DNA of 59,641 nt, filler included, from Circinaria calcarea (taxonomy: Eukaryota): NCBI GenBank assembly GCA_051942165.1. It is 12 parts of 12 records of this genome, joined end to end, with 100 filler letters (N's around TTAATTAATTAA, not from the genome) between each part and the next. Parts side by side here need not be neighbours in the genome. Positions count along the whole stretch, not along the records: positions 9,976 to 14,860 come from JAVECS010002137.1; positions 14,961 to 19,844 come from JAVECS010002138.1; positions 19,945 to 24,826 come from JAVECS010002139.1; 9 more parts are not named here. One strand, 5' to 3'. This document shows positions 12,261-24,543 of this stretch, one piece after another. Each line of letters begins with the position of its first letter. Within the stretch, counting starts at the first letter, position 1. The position numbers and the translations under genes were made by a program. The notes under the pieces are model-generated. The model worked only from the letters and a program-made list of their open reading frames with translations. It was not told the DNA's origin and did no database searches.

Positions 12261-14840
12261 ATGTCATCACCCGAGACACCAATTGAGCCTCATCAAGGGT
12301 CGGCCCTTCGAAGAGGCAAGCACCTACCACCGATTCAGACCGACCTCGCCTCGAAATTGAACCCTGGCCGACTTCAACGACCCAGGCCAATTGACACAAT
12401 CATCTACGAGAAGCCAGTCGGTCGGGTTTCTGTTGTACCTGAATCACCTCTTTTAAAGCGTCGGGATTCTAGGGCAGGACTGCTAGCTCTATTCAGTCGT
12501 AGCAAATCTTTCAAAAAGGACAAGCAAGTGAATGTCGCGTGGGAGGAGGATGAATCGACGGAGAAGAATCCCGTGGTATCGTCCAAGACCTTATCATCTA
12601 CAGCTTCACCAAGGCCTTCCCTAGTCCCGGTTCCTTTGACCGAGTCAACACCGAAGCCCATATTGAAGTCGACCCACTCAGGCACAATTACTCCGAAAAT
12701 CAAGTCCCTCAGGAATGACCGCGAATTGACAACTCTCAAGGCCTGGGATCCTCCTCCTCTATTTCAAGCCTACCCTCAGGCTGTCAAACATGCAACTTTA
12801 CCGGCACTCATACTGGGTGCGGATGCAATATTACGGATGGACAGAGATAAACAAGGCACCAGCACCCGCCAAGGTATGGCTCAGAATGAGTGGCATGTCG
12901 CCAGCACATCAGACGTTGCGACTGAAGAACAGAAAGATGGCGGTAAACGAAAACACAAGCATCGGATATCGGGCTCGATAGCAAAGCAGGAGTGGACCAC
13001 CAAGGTATTTGTGTTGGCGACATCTGGATTCCTGGTGCAGTATGCAGGAGAGGGTGACCATGATCGGCTACCTGAGAAGATCCTACAACTCGGGAAGAAT
13101 TCCGTGGCTTTCGCGTCGGACGCAATTAAAGGGGAATACTACGTGCTGCAGATATCACAGATGGCGAATGAAGATGGAACCATTATCAGGACACCGTCAA
13201 AGTCCGTATTCTCCAAGTTCCGACTTCGTGGCGATTTTCGACGCTCCGTATCAAACTTCCTCCTTGTGTTTGATAAAGCCGACGAGATGAATGCATGGCT
13301 TATAGCAGTCCGAAGAGAGGTTGAGGGGCTAGGTGGGAAACCGTACCGCCCGACCACTAACGTCCGAAAAACCACCGACGAGGTAGTACAGCAGCTCCGG
13401 GAACGGCCAAGTCGACGATACCTGATCCAGAGAGATCCAAACCAGTTCTCTAGGACGCAAATCTCTGCAGGAACTTTGCCAGTAATGACGTTTGAGGACA
13501 CGGGAAGTGAGGTCAGTTCGTGGATCCAGCCAGCTACAGACGGCCTCTCTTCCTCGGACTTTAGTCGGAGGCAGTCATTCGCACATAGAATGTCTGTCGA
13601 TGCTCCCTCAACTACACATACTTCAGTGTCACTGGACCAAGTGCAACTCGATAAGCTCCGAGAGAGCTCAATGTATTCATACACATCTACTGACGCAAAG
13701 ACATTTGCAACTTCGTGCGGGCCTTCGCCTGTTCATTCACCATCAAAATCTCGGTTCACGGTCGATGAAGTCTACCTGGACGATAGCAACTCCCGACCCC
13801 CAACAATTGCCGAACGGTCCAGACGGAAATCGTTCCAGACGCTGCCATCACCCGCTATCGCACTTCAACAATCCTTCAACAAGAGCAACAACTCCAGCCT
13901 ACCGCGACCACAGTCTATTAACGATTCTGGTCTTCGTAGTTTTTCACCAGCTCCTCCAAATTTCAGTGCACCTATCTCTAGTAAGCGATATTCGAATGCT
14001 AATATGCTACCAAACGGTCCTGTCCGACTACCCTCGTCCGGAACCAGCGACAGGGAGCCTTCACCAGGCCATCAACGTGTGATCACCAATACGACCGACC
14101 GTCCTGAGTCAATAGTTGGAGAACTACCATCTTCAATCCATATGGGTCCCAAGCTCCCAAGACATTTCGTCAATTCTAATAGTGAATGCACGCCATTTTC
14201 AGCAACCTTGGCGGCATGGAATAAGCAGTCTCAGGATGGTGAATCTCACGCAGAGCCTTCAAGTGCTGAAGATTTGACCCCGCGTCGTTACTCGTCCCTC
14301 GATTACTCCAGAGGCGCGCTGCCTTATAACTTTACACGAGCCAACCCGTCACCGCATCCTCCACCACAAATAGCATTACCCGACATCCCGGTTTCAAAGA
14401 CAATCTCACCCAATTCACCTTATGAAAACCGGCATCCCAGATCCTCTACTAGCTGCCCGGCTAATGCACAAAAACTCCGTCGACCCGCGAGCCTACAAGT
14501 GAACAGCGATCCCCTACCTCTCCCTAACCCAAGATCTTTTCCCAACACCAAGCCACCAATTTCCAAAGCGAATAGCACATCACTCTCGTCCTCTACACTT
14601 ACTAACCAAGTTTCATCAACTTCGACCTCACTGCAACTCCCGGCCCAAGGCTCCCAAAACCGGAGATTAGATCGCAAGAGCATGCCTCAAATCGCATTTA
14701 GGGGACCGCCGCCTCTAGGCCCTCTGCCCAGTATACCACCTCTCATGATGGGCCGCAATAATGCTGAGGTAACATCGAGCCGCTGGCCGGAGTACTCGAT
14801 TGGTGGGAGGAGGAGTTTTCAAGGTGTTCAGGTATCTTGA
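12261..14840 (+). CDS. PH-domain-containing Ser/Pro-rich protein
   Basis: 859-aa single ORF. WDPPPLFQAYPQAVKHATL is followed by a PH-like block (WTTKVFVLATSGFLVQY...FLLVFDKADEMNAWLIAVRREVE) and a disordered C-terminus. Confidence 0.75.
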   Translation: MSSPETPIEPHQGSALRRGKHLPPIQTDLASKLNPGRLQRPRPIDTIIYEKPVGRVSVVPESPLLKRRDSRAGLLALFSRSKSFKKDKQVNVAWEEDESTEKNPVVSSKTLSSTASPRPSLVPVPLTESTPKPILKSTHSGTITPKIKSLRNDRELTTLKAWDPPPLFQAYPQAVKHATLPALILGADAILRMDRDKQGTSTRQGMAQNEWHVASTSDVATEEQKDGGKRKHKHRISGSIAKQEWTTKVFVLATSGFLVQYAGEGDHDRLPEKILQLGKNSVAFASDAIKGEYYVLQISQMANEDGTIIRTPSKSVFSKFRLRGDFRRSVSNFLLVFDKADEMNAWLIAVRREVEGLGGKPYRPTTNVRKTTDEVVQQLRERPSRRYLIQRDPNQFSRTQISAGTLPVMTFEDTGSEVSSWIQPATDGLSSSDFSRRQSFAHRMSVDAPSTTHTSVSLDQVQLDKLRESSMYSYTSTDAKTFATSCGPSPVHSPSKSRFTVDEVYLDDSNSRPPTIAERSRRKSFQTLPSPAIALQQSFNKSNNSSLPRPQSINDSGLRSFSPAPPNFSAPISSKRYSNANMLPNGPVRLPSSGTSDREPSPGHQRVITNTTDRPESIVGELPSSIHMGPKLPRHFVNSNSECTPFSATLAAWNKQSQDGESHAEPSSAEDLTPRRYSSLDYSRGALPYNFTRANPSPHPPPQIALPDIPVSKTISPNSPYENRHPRSSTSCPANAQKLRRPASLQVNSDPLPLPNPRSFPNTKPPISKANSTSLSSSTLTNQVSSTSTSLQLPAQGSQNRRLDRKSMPQIAFRGPPPLGPLPSIPPLMMGRNNAEVTSSRWPEYSIGGRRSFQGVQVS

Positions 14841-14960
14841 ACACATTACGTCCGGGATCCNNNNNNNNNNNNNNNNNNNNNNNNNNNNNNNNNNNNNNNN
14901 NNNNTTAATTAATTAANNNNNNNNNNNNNNNNNNNNNNNNNNNNNNNNNNNNNNNNNNNN

Positions 14961-16589
14961 TCTGTTAGGAATACTATGTTGGAGGTTAAAGGACGTATCT
15001 TGCCTTGCCCTATCCCGATTTACAGATCAGGAACCGATAACAGAGGGCCAAATTCAGGATCATGGAACCTCAGAAACAAAGTACTCCTGCATCCACAAAC
15101 ATTCAAATCCTGGGGCGTACTGTATCTACCAGGTGATCGAGGGGTGGATGATCGGACACTACAGCAATTTCTTCGGGCTTTAGCCTCCTCCTGCTCGAAT
15201 CTCGGTCTAACTACTCCTGACGGTCCACCAGCGTTTCTTAAAGGAAATCCCCAAGGCAATATCAAGGAAGAAATAAGGAATCTCTACGCGAAAACTGGCA
15301 ATACTTTCGGCCAGAAGCCCCAGATTCTGTTTTTCTTGCTTCATCAAGGAGCGAGCCCTTCCATTTACAGAGCAATCAAAGCGGCGTGTGAGGTAGATAT
15401 TGGTAAGTGGAATTACGAGAGCGATCAACGGGTAGAGGGTATACTAAGAACAGATGTGCAGGCTGTCCTAGCCAAGTAATGCTTGTTGAAAAGGCCCTCA
15501 AGAGTAATGGGCAACTGCAATACTTGGGAAACATTGGCTTAAAAGTCAATCTCAAACTTGGGGGTTCAAATTCCAAGGTCAATCTTCCAACGTTCAAGCA
15601 TTCACGAGTCATGATACTCGGTGGTAAGACTCTTCCACTACTAACAGAATGGTTAAATAATCGTGTGCCATAGGTGACACCTCTCATCCATCTTCAGGCG
15701 AACTTCGCAAGATGCCGCCTCCACCATCTTACACCGCATTGGTAGCTAGTTACGATGAAGAATGCAGCAAGTACAGCGCCGTCTCCACGTCGCAAACTGC
15801 TACGGTAGAACTCATCGAGAACTTCAAACCTATGATGAAGGAGCTCTTGAAACGATGGCAACAAAAGAACCAAGGTCTGACACCAAACTCCATCATCTAT
15901 TGGAGAGATGGTATCTCGGAGTCTCAAATTCCGGCATTTATGGATTCAGAGATCAAGGCCCTTCGAGAGGTTTGTGAGGAATCACAGCAGAAGATTAAAA
16001 TCACCGTGGTTAACTGCATAAAGCGGTATGTTATCAGAGGCATTTCAAAGTTCAGCACAGTAAAGATATGAGAGTTTCTAACCTGGTTCTTCGCAGTCAT
16101 CACACCCGCTTTTTTCCTGGACAAGGCGAACGAGGGGACAAGCTAGGTAATGTACTACCAGGCACCATAGTGGAGGCGAGCCGAGAGCAGGACGTCTTTT
16201 TAGTCTCTCAGAGCGCACTCCAGGGAACGGTCAGGCCCTGTCATTACACTATCCTCCTTGACGAGAACAAACTCAGCCCAGACGACTTTCAGTCGGTGAC
16301 AAACGGCCTGTGTTTTAGTTATGGGAGGGCGACCCGATCGGTTTCAATGTAAGAATACGCTTCAACAGCTGAACTATATGTTTACCAGCTAATAAACTGA
16401 GTAGAGTTCCCCCCGTGTTCTATGCCGATCAAGTTTGTGAGAGGAGCAAGATGCACCTCACCACCGGTGGGCCTAATAACGATCAGACATTCCACAACGA
16501 TGTCCATAAGAATCTTATCTACACCATGGTATGTGATATACGGTCGTCAGAGGGACGTCTAGCTCACTTCAACATAGTACTGGCAATAA
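14961..16589 (+). CDS. Argonaute (MID-PIWI portion), 5'-truncated, multi-exon
   Basis: GSWNL, Y..IK..C..DIG|CPSQ, NIGLKVNLKLGG, MILGG|DTSHP, YWRDGISE, KR|HHTRFFP, GNVLPGT, QSALQGTVRPCHY, YGRATRSVS, PPVFYADQVCER, terminal TM|YWQ*. Five short GT-AG introns. Confidence 0.95.
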
Positions 16590-16969
16590 GATATCAGATC
16601 TGGCGTCGCTCCGTTTGCATCTTCTCTCGCTCACAACTCTACCTTCCATCGTACTTGCTCCTTCCCTTTCTGGACGCCGCCCAAAATTTCTATTTTACGT
16701 TACCTTACGACTTGAAAGGTCGTTTCGCGTCGCAACAGAGGCCGTTAAACCTTGCCGAGACCAAGATCGGTCTAGTCTCGGATGGGAGGAAACGGCGGAC
16801 GGGGTATTTTGATGTTGTACTCCGTACATGATACCTTCTTCTCCTGGCGGTGATATTACACCTTTGCGCCGGTCAGGATTGATTCATACCCAGGACGATC
16901 ATAAGTGTTGGAAATTGACCAGGTTTGTTAGGGAGAAGTCGATTTTGAGGGCTTCTACGTATTCCTCTG

Positions 16970-17949
16970 CTATCTGAAACGTACGCTGGGAGGTCTCAGG
17001 ATGCTTGTCTCGACGCTCTTTGCTGCTACGCGCTCTCGTTCATGAAACCGCTCTTGCTCTAGCTTCACATAGGAAGTACCGTTTGAAGGCTTTTTTATTC
17101 TCACTGCAGTTCCCCCTGATGATGGTGCGTGATGTAGAGTAAGCGGGCTCCAATGCCCATTTGGACTAGGCCTGTCACGGTGAAGGTGTCCGATGCCTTG
17201 GCCTCTGCCTCCAATCTTGAAGATTCGAGTCCCGTATCTTGGTAGCGACGTGACAGCCGATGCGACAGGCACGGAAGTCATGGGGACCTGGTGTCGCCCT
17301 CATCCGCCCTTGAGCCCGTGTACCGGTACCTCTGCTAATGTTGTACCGTCTGCCCGTGCCTGAGCCAGACAAGCGGTTTCATCTTTTGCCCGAGTAAGCG
17401 CGGTAAGCTTGGTAAGTTTTTCGCGCCCGGGGGGACGAGGCCCGAAATACCCCGACCCCTGCTCTTCCCCGCTTCCTTCCCTTCCACATCGAGCACCAGC
17501 AACGGGTGGCGATTGCTGAAACCAGCCTCAGCAGCTCTCGATGTCGCATAGCACAGATGCAGACCGGGACTGTGGGGATTGACGCTATCCAGCAAAGGTG
17601 CAGGATCCCATCTTAACATGTCCAGTCAGAAGCAGAAAGAACAGTCGCGGCCTTGCTTACGGAGTTTTCCAGCTTGCGATCGTGGGGTGGGGGGGGGTGA
17701 CCAATCTTTGACGGTCTTTAAGCGGCTTTGGGGAAAAGGTGCTATGCGTGCAGCAGTCGTCATTATCGTCGAAGCTGTGTTCTCATCGCCCTTGCCTCCA
17801 GGCCTAGACAGTGCGAGCTTAGAGGACGAGTCCACATCGATCATGATGGGTCGATCGACTGCTGCAGACGATGGCTCAGGGTGGCGATTGTTACTTTCCT
17901 CAGGGAGCTTATGCTTGAACAGAGGCGCGGCAATAGGGCTACATGCCAT
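16970..17949 (-). CDS. Possible hypothetical gene or relic convergent on Argonaute
   Basis: Several consecutive ORFs and a GTAAGC..CTGAC..TAAG intron-like segment near 17613-17661. I could not build a coherent spliced product. Confidence 0.25.
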
Positions 17950-18394
17950 TGTGCTGGATTATCCCATATCCGGCAACCACATGTTTCACTGGTGGGCTTG
18001 AGGGCAGTAAAAAAAGCAATTTGCATTTCGTGCATTAAAGCGCAAGTGGGAGTGTTGAGCTGGTGGCTTTTACAGCGTTGATATCAGCAAAGCTTCATAG
18101 CGAGGACCCTCTCGTCGGTTGGCGGTTCTTGCGGCGCTTCAGACGCTTCAATGGAGAACCTTTTCATCGTCCTTCTCGAAGGTAGCCCTGACGCAGTGAA
18201 GCTTTCGATATGCGGAGATTTTTTGCGTTCTTAAGACGTTGATGTCCCACGGCCGTTGCATTCTCGTTATCCCCCATCCAAGTATCCACAGGCATCGGAT
18301 TCAGATCTTCTTCTCAGCTCAAAGTGATTTGTGACATCTTTTACTTTACACAGCTACACCTACCCTATCCCAGGCTCTGTCCTACACGGCCACC

Positions 18395-19813
18395 ATGCCA
18401 TCCATCGAGAAGGACTTTTCCACCGCCTGCCAGAACTGCACACATAATCCCAGCTATCTGGTACGGCAAGGAGGCTCCGGCGACTCACACAATACCGGGA
18501 CAGTACGTATCTCATAGCTCTCCGGCCTTGTGAAACCGCTGATTCCTCTGCAGCACTTCCTCAATCAGGACAATAGGACTCAGTCCAATGACGACTTAAC
18601 AACTGAACAAGCGCTCCACAAGGCTTTAACGGCGGGTCAGATTAACATATCTCCTGAGGTGATTCTTGTGAAGACCTTTTCTTGGAAGGTTGTCTGACGC
18701 CTCATTCTCCATCAGATGTTCGAAAAGTTATACCTAAGTCCACACAATGCTGTCAAGGGAGACCTAAGGAAAACCTTTGGAAATCCAACGCCCCTTGCAC
18801 TTGCGGGTTTACTCCTTACTCTTACGCCTCTAAGTTGCGACTTGATGGGATGGCGTGGCGCTGGAGGTGGCGTAACTGGAGCCGCTAGCATAGGTGCTTA
18901 CTATTGGCTTGGTGGCTTGTTGATGTTCACCGGCGGGATGCTCGAATTCTTCCTAGGGAACACGTATGAGCTCTGGCATTGAAATAAAAGAATAGAAATC
19001 TAACGGGTAATAGTTTTCCGTTTGTGGTCTTCTGTTCCTTCGGAGGCTTTTGGTACATTCGGACTCCTCAATCGTCATGTCGAGTAAAGAACTAACCATT
19101 CGAATAGGTTTGCCTTCGGATCCACACTGAATCCGTCCTTTGGAAGCTATGGTCTTTATTCCACGGATCCAAGCAATCCAGCTGCTGGCTTGACTTCACC
19201 TGCTTTCCAGGCTGCTTTTGGTACGAATACGCTCAGACCTGTTGTATACCGCTAGCTTAAAGTTAACGATTCCACGTCAGGCTTCTTCTTACTCTTCGTG
19301 GCCCTTCTTACTTTGGTTTATCTCATATGCAGCTTGCGGACCAACATCATATTCTTTACGATATTCTTGACATTGATGATTGCGTTCATACTCTTAGCAG
19401 CGTCAGTTGGCCCCCTTCCCTCTTCCTTTCCCTTCACCCAAACACGTTCCCCTAGTTATCATCAACGTGCAAACTAGACGAAGATCCCGCACACTCCTTC
19501 GGCGCTCATCTCTCAAGCTTAAGGCTAACTTGAAATAGCGAATACTTCAGTTTAGCATTGGGTAAAGCTGCAGCCGCGCATCAGTACCAGGTTGTTGCTG
19601 GTGGATTCTGCTTTGTTGCGACTTTGGCAACTTGGTGGATCTTCCTCGCCCAGATGTTAGCTTCCGTCGACTTTCCCCTCCAGCTCCCCGTCGGCGATAT
19701 CTCGCAAATGATCAAAGGGTACTCCATACTGCTTGTACTGCCTAAGGTGGTCTGCACTAAAACGGAGTCCTAGGTATTCCGAGAAAGCGGCCAAAGAACG
19801 TTTCTCCGTTTAA
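18395..19813 (+). CDS. GPR1/FUN34/YaaH (Ady2/AcpA-type) acetate transporter family protein
   Basis: Multi-exon. ISPE|MFEKLYLSP..VKGDLRKTFGNPTPLAL, GGMLEFFLGNT|FPFVVFCSFGGF, CSLRTN, DFPLQLPVGDIS. ATG at 18395, stop at 19811-19813. Confidence 0.9.
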
Positions 19814-19944
19814 TCCTATCCGTATGAATCCCACAAGTGGGAAANNNNNNNNNNNNNNNNNNNNNNNNNNNNNNNNNNNNNNNNNNNNTTAATTAATTAA
19901 NNNNNNNNNNNNNNNNNNNNNNNNNNNNNNNNNNNNNNNNNNNN

Positions 19945-20425
19945 CCTTGCTGCATGGCTAGCCTCACTCCTACTCTCCATCTTCCCTCCTCCCACCCACT
20001 TCTCCTGGCGCGCTCAAGCCCTCTTCGCCCTCGTCTTCGCACCCCCAGGCTGTCTCCTCCGCTTCTACCTCTCCCGCGCCTTCAATGCCAAAATACCTTC
20101 TTTCCCGCTCGGAACCTTTACAGTCAATATCCTGGGTACAGCGCTCGAAGGCATGTTCTTCGACCTCCAGCACTCTCGCCTTCCCAGCTCTGGAAGCGTG
20201 GGGGGTGGAGTACTCGGCTGCCAGATCCTGCAGGGCATGATGGATGGGTTTTGCGGGTGTCTGACGACGGTTAGCACGTGGGTGGTGGAACTGAAGGGCC
20301 TGAGGAGGCGGCACGCTTACGGGTACGGTGCCGCGAGTGTGGCGGTCGCGTTGGCGTTCTTGGTCGTGGAAATGGGTCCTGTAAGGTGGGGGAAGGGGTT
20401 TGAAGCCCCGGCTTGTGGAGGCTGA
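19945..20425 (+). CDS. FEX1: Fluoride exporter FEX (CrcB/Fluc domain 2), 5'-truncated
   Basis: Frame from the contig start: FAPPGCLLRFYLS..N...FPLGTFTVNILGT...GMMDGFCGCLTTVSTWVVEL, the Fluc signature. Confidence 0.92.
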
Positions 20426-20991
20426 TTGTTTTATATCAAAGGCTTTTTGGATTTATTACAGTCAGTCGTAAGCTGATAGAAATGCATATTGTTTCTTTAA
20501 AATCTCTACTCTTGATTTTTTTTCAACTCCTTTCTAGCCCTAAGTCTTACCCGGCAGTATCGATACCGCAATATCGTTTTTAATGAGGAAAACCCTTTGC
20601 TTCTCCTCTCCTCCCCTTCCTTCCATCCTTCCCTTCTCTTCCCTCCTTCCATTCTCCTTCCATTCTCCTCCCCTTCCCTTCTCCTTCTTCTCCAACTTCG
20701 CCATCAGAATCCCTAGGGGAATCTCTCCAGGGGGTGGGAGGGGGTGGGATGATAAAGGGGAAAAGGGGAAAAGTTGGTATTTTTGTGGGGATTTCTTCCA
20801 CAGTAACGACGGTGAATGGATTCATGGGTTCATAGGTCCATAGGTTATGGTTCGTTGAAAAAAAGAAAAAAAAAAGAAGCCGAATCTGACTGGCCCTGGC
20901 CCCTAATTTCTTACAACCCAACCTAGTGGGATTCGTTATTTTTCATAATTTCACAGTTTCACAGTTTCGCGTTTTCCATGCACGCGGGGAC

Positions 20992-21118
20992 GGGGTTCTG
21001 AGCCTTTGTAATAATTATATTTTTTTCTTTCTCTATTTTGGTTTTGTGGGGGGGTTCTGAGCCCTTGTAATAGTTATATTTTTTTCTTTCTCTATTTTGG
21101 TTTTTTTTTGGGGGGGGC
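20992..21118. repeat. About 59-bp direct tandem duplication (2 copies)
   Basis: GGGGTTCTGAGCCYTTGTAATARTTATATTTTTTTCTTTCTCTATTTTGGTTTT occurs twice in succession. Confidence 0.85.
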
Positions 21119-21583
21119 GGGGAGGTTGGAGAAAATAATGCTGTTCGGGCAAATTCTTCAATAGAGGTTGTATATCATTTCCCGTTAACAACAAGTAAAA
21201 CTAGTTAAAAAAAAAAAAATAAGGATATAAAGATAACGGGGTATTTATTACGAATACCGCTCTGCCGCTTATTTATACTTTCCCGGCCCCCCCTTTTTGG
21301 CCTTTAAGAAAGGGCTTCCTTGCCCCCCCTGGACTTAGCTATTCTATTTGACTTGGTTCATGTTTAGGATTTTTTTAACGTTCACATTGGGGGGAAATAG
21401 GGATGAGAATCTCTTTTGGAGTTTTCACGGAAAGTTGAAGTTGTTTCTTCGTTGAAAGTGTCGTGCCGAGTGAGATAATCAAGCCTTCACTGCATGGTCT
21501 GGGAAATCTTTCGGATAAGCTGTCATTTCATTTCATTTCCCCCGACTATCTTCACAAAACATCTATCTAATTCAAAGATCCCC

Positions 21584-22444
21584 TCATCGCTGTTCCAACT
21601 TCTCCTTCATCTTTCCACTCGACACCGTAACCACCGGATCCCCGATCCACCCCTTCTTCCCCGCTCGATTAATCCCCACAAACCACGCATCCCCCATATC
21701 CAAATACCCTTGATCCGTCGGATGGATGCCGTCAACCAGATCCGCTCGCGTCGTCGGCATGGAAACTTCCAGCACATGAAGGCCCCGGGTCGCGAAATCG
21801 TCGACGACAGAAGTCAGAGCGGTGTTGTAGATATCAGTCTGATGTTGGCGGTCATCTTCGCCGCTGGGGATAATCGGCGCGACGAGGACGGCGGCGTCCG
21901 GGCAGGCTTTGACGAGTTGCTGGATGAGACTCCTCAGGCGGTCCGGGGCGGTGGTGAGATTGTAATTGGCGATGATGTCGTTGGTGCCGGCCATGAGGAG
22001 GATGATGCTGGGACGTTGGCTGAGGGTGGGGACGGCGGCGGCGGCGATCTCGGCGATCCTGTAGCCACCGTGGCCTTCGTTGGCGTTGTTGGTCATGTTG
22101 CCGCTGTGCTGGGAGCCGATGTATTGGACCGTATTAGAATTGTCTGTTAGTTCTTGCAGCAGCTCTTTCCGATAGCCGCATCCGTCCGTGCTTAGGAATC
22201 CGTAGGTGATGGAGTCGCCCAGGGGCAGGATTCTCATCTTCCGGCCTGTGACCTCAGCTGGATCCGTGCATACGACAGAGGCAGGATCTGTAGAACGTCG
22301 GCCTAAGACTGCATTGCGTTGACCTGTAGAGTCTGATGTAGCCGCATGAAAGGGCTGCGTGAGAGCTGTGGGCAGAATGGTGGAGGCAATCCAGAGAAAG
22401 CAGTTGAACAGCCCAAAATGAGAAAACTGCATTGTCAAAGACAA
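21584..22444 (-). CDS. Secreted SGNH/GDSL hydrolase (CE3 acetylxylan esterase-like)
   Basis: Hydrophobic N-terminus. Block I LPLGDSITYG, EGHGG, block III LLMAGTND, block V DGIHP. Confidence 0.9.
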   Translation of the reverse strand: MSLTMQFSHFGLFNCFLWIASTILPTALTQPFHAATSDSTGQRNAVLGRRSTDPASVVCTDPAEVTGRKMRILPLGDSITYGFLSTDGCGYRKELLQELTDNSNTVQYIGSQHSGNMTNNANEGHGGYRIAEIAAAAVPTLSQRPSIILLMAGTNDIIANYNLTTAPDRLRSLIQQLVKACPDAAVLVAPIIPSGEDDRQHQTDIYNTALTSVVDDFATRGLHVLEVSMPTTRADLVDGIHPTDQGYLDMGDAWFVGINRAGKKGWIGDPVVTVSSGKMKEKLEQR

Positions 22445-23562
22445 AGGGAAAGCAACTTCAACGGAGCCGATATATCAGGTTGGAGAGCTGACTATCAAAG
22501 GAGAAGGGCACGGAGCTATAAGGTATGGTGAAACGGGATAAAGGTGGGCCGTTAGGTGCTTATGACAGTTTTGCTATACGCGCCAGAAGCCGCTATACTC
22601 GGATATAGCTGGCAAGAGTTTCATGAAGGAACAACGATACCGTAAGAGAAAACGGATCAAGTACACGTCTATATAAGAAACCCCCCCCCTCGGCGCATGA
22701 TTGAACCTGCATGGAGGAGATAGTGGTAGGTCCCATGAGTACCTACGTTGTTATGCAGCAGCGGGTCGTATAGGAAAGCCCGTCTGCTGCGCCGTTACGC
22801 ATGCTCGCAGATTAAGGTACTCATACCTGGTCTGCAGCAGCACACCATACCACACAGAGGTGCTGTTCGAATCGAGGGTGTGCTGCAGCTGCTCGATCTT
22901 GCGCCTCAGATAGGCAAACCTCGAGGGGAACTTAAGCAATCTATTTTAACGGCGGACTAGGCAGTATCGGGAGATTGCAAACCCGTCCCGCGTGCGCCAA
23001 GACGAAAAGGCTTGATTGAACGTCACCGACCCGTGGCTCCCTCTTTTTCTCTGGCCCGAGATCCCGACAGACAAAGTCATCCGACCCGACCCGGGAAATG
23101 AACAGGCGGCCAGGTTCGCTTTTACCTGGTCAAATAGAGGCGCATGGAATTCTGTAAATCACACTTATCCTATGCCAAAAGACATTCGATGTGGGGGGAT
23201 GTCGGGAGATTCTATTAATACTTCAAACAGTCATACCTTGGATATGACATGCACGCTACAGCTACAGGTAGCGGATAAGAGGGGGAAAAGGCAAGTTAAG
23301 ACAAGGGCATTGTTATGGCGTCAGGGCCATACTAAGGGAAGACTAGCTCCGGAACGGAGGAACCCCTAGGCCGGTTGCTTATGGAGGTGAGCAGGGCGAG
23401 CAACGTACTATATAGGCAGGCCATTCCCGCTCTTTAGAATAGCATGCTTATAGACACACACGGAATAACAATAGGCCAATATTACATTCCGGTAATCGTG
23501 CATCACGGAGTGACTCTATCCCTTATACAAGTCTAGCCTATCCTAGTACCCTTATAGGCATA

Positions 23563-24107
23563 TAGTAAACCTTGGTTATAATGAGTTGAAAAAAGTTAAT
23601 CAAGTTCTCGGTGAAGTCAAGTCAGATAGGGCTGAGTAAATAGCCGGGTAGTTGTACTGTATAAGACTTGAATTATACATAGCTTACGGAGTATGCCATA
23701 ACGTTTGCCTTACGCACATAGCCCCTATCACAATTTTTATTTTATACACGATTATGCAGCTTGTGTATATAACGAGATACCGCCAAAGAAGTTGAAATTA
23801 TTAATTATTTTACCGTCAGGCTCTACGCTTAGGGGGTGACGATACCTCGTTTAGTTGGCGTCTTGGCGTATAGTGAAACCCTTTCACTCACACACTTCTT
23901 CTTCTGTAATGATTAGTTCTCGCACATGCTACGTATGGCCATCGTATTGCTCGTGCCTCATATTACCACATACCTTGGCCTTAGGTACCTTTCAAGTAAA
24001 GTACTGTACGGTTTATATTTACATACAAAAAACATAAAATTCCCAAAAAATCCTCGTTGTACCTAGGTTCTCGTTAAAGTCAAACTCGTTATAACAAAGG
24101 TCTACTG
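23563..24107. mobile_element. Putative non-autonomous pogo/Tigger-like (Tc1-mariner) MITE
   Basis: Imperfect 25-bp TIRs: TAGTAAACCTTGGTTATAATGAGTT on the left and CAGTAGACCTTTGTTATAACGAGTT on the right (reverse complement). Both are flanked by TA. The interior is AT-rich and non-coding. Confidence 0.6.
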
Positions 24108-24543
24108 TAGTAGGCATGCTTTGGTGATTAGACTGGTTCATCATAACAGACCAAGCTAAACTTCACTTCTTCTTCTTCCTTTACCCGTCCTACTTTCAAC
24201 TAGAATAGTAAACTCACACATCTCCTTCTATCGGAATTTATATTGACCACCGGCATGAAACTCAACTGGCATCAACCTATCAACTCCGCACAATAGCCGA
24301 GAGGGGTTTCCAAAGCAAGAAGACTCCGCCCTGACACTGAAGCCTATGTGTACGCTAAAACCCCATCAACAAAGCCAAAAAACGCGCAAAACTTCAGGGT
24401 GGTGGTGGCTGACAACCGCCATTGCCGGAACCGGTTATGTCCGGAGGCCGTTCCTTTTCAGCGGCGATTCGTAACTATCACCCTTGCAGGCGCCTTGGTA
24501 GAAGTATATCAAACGTGGTGCATACATATGCCAGGTTGTACAG

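Noticed and set aside
14961..16589. Prokaryotic-type short Argonaute defence system
   Set aside because: The gene has spliceosomal introns and eukaryotic AGO motifs. It appears short only because the contig truncates it.
17335..17949. Two same-frame ORFs separated by one TGA (readthrough or selenocysteine idea)
   Set aside because: The TGA sits inside an intron-like GTAAGC...CTGAC...TAAG segment. Neither peptide is recognisable, and Dikarya are not known to use selenocysteine.
21494..22150. 218-aa plus-strand ORF and similar antisense ORFs throughout the window
   Set aside because: These are shadow frames of GC3-rich genes on the opposite strand.
22700..23000. Coding-like minus-strand stretch bounded by TAA codons
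   Set aside because: Too short, with no recognisable motif to support a call.
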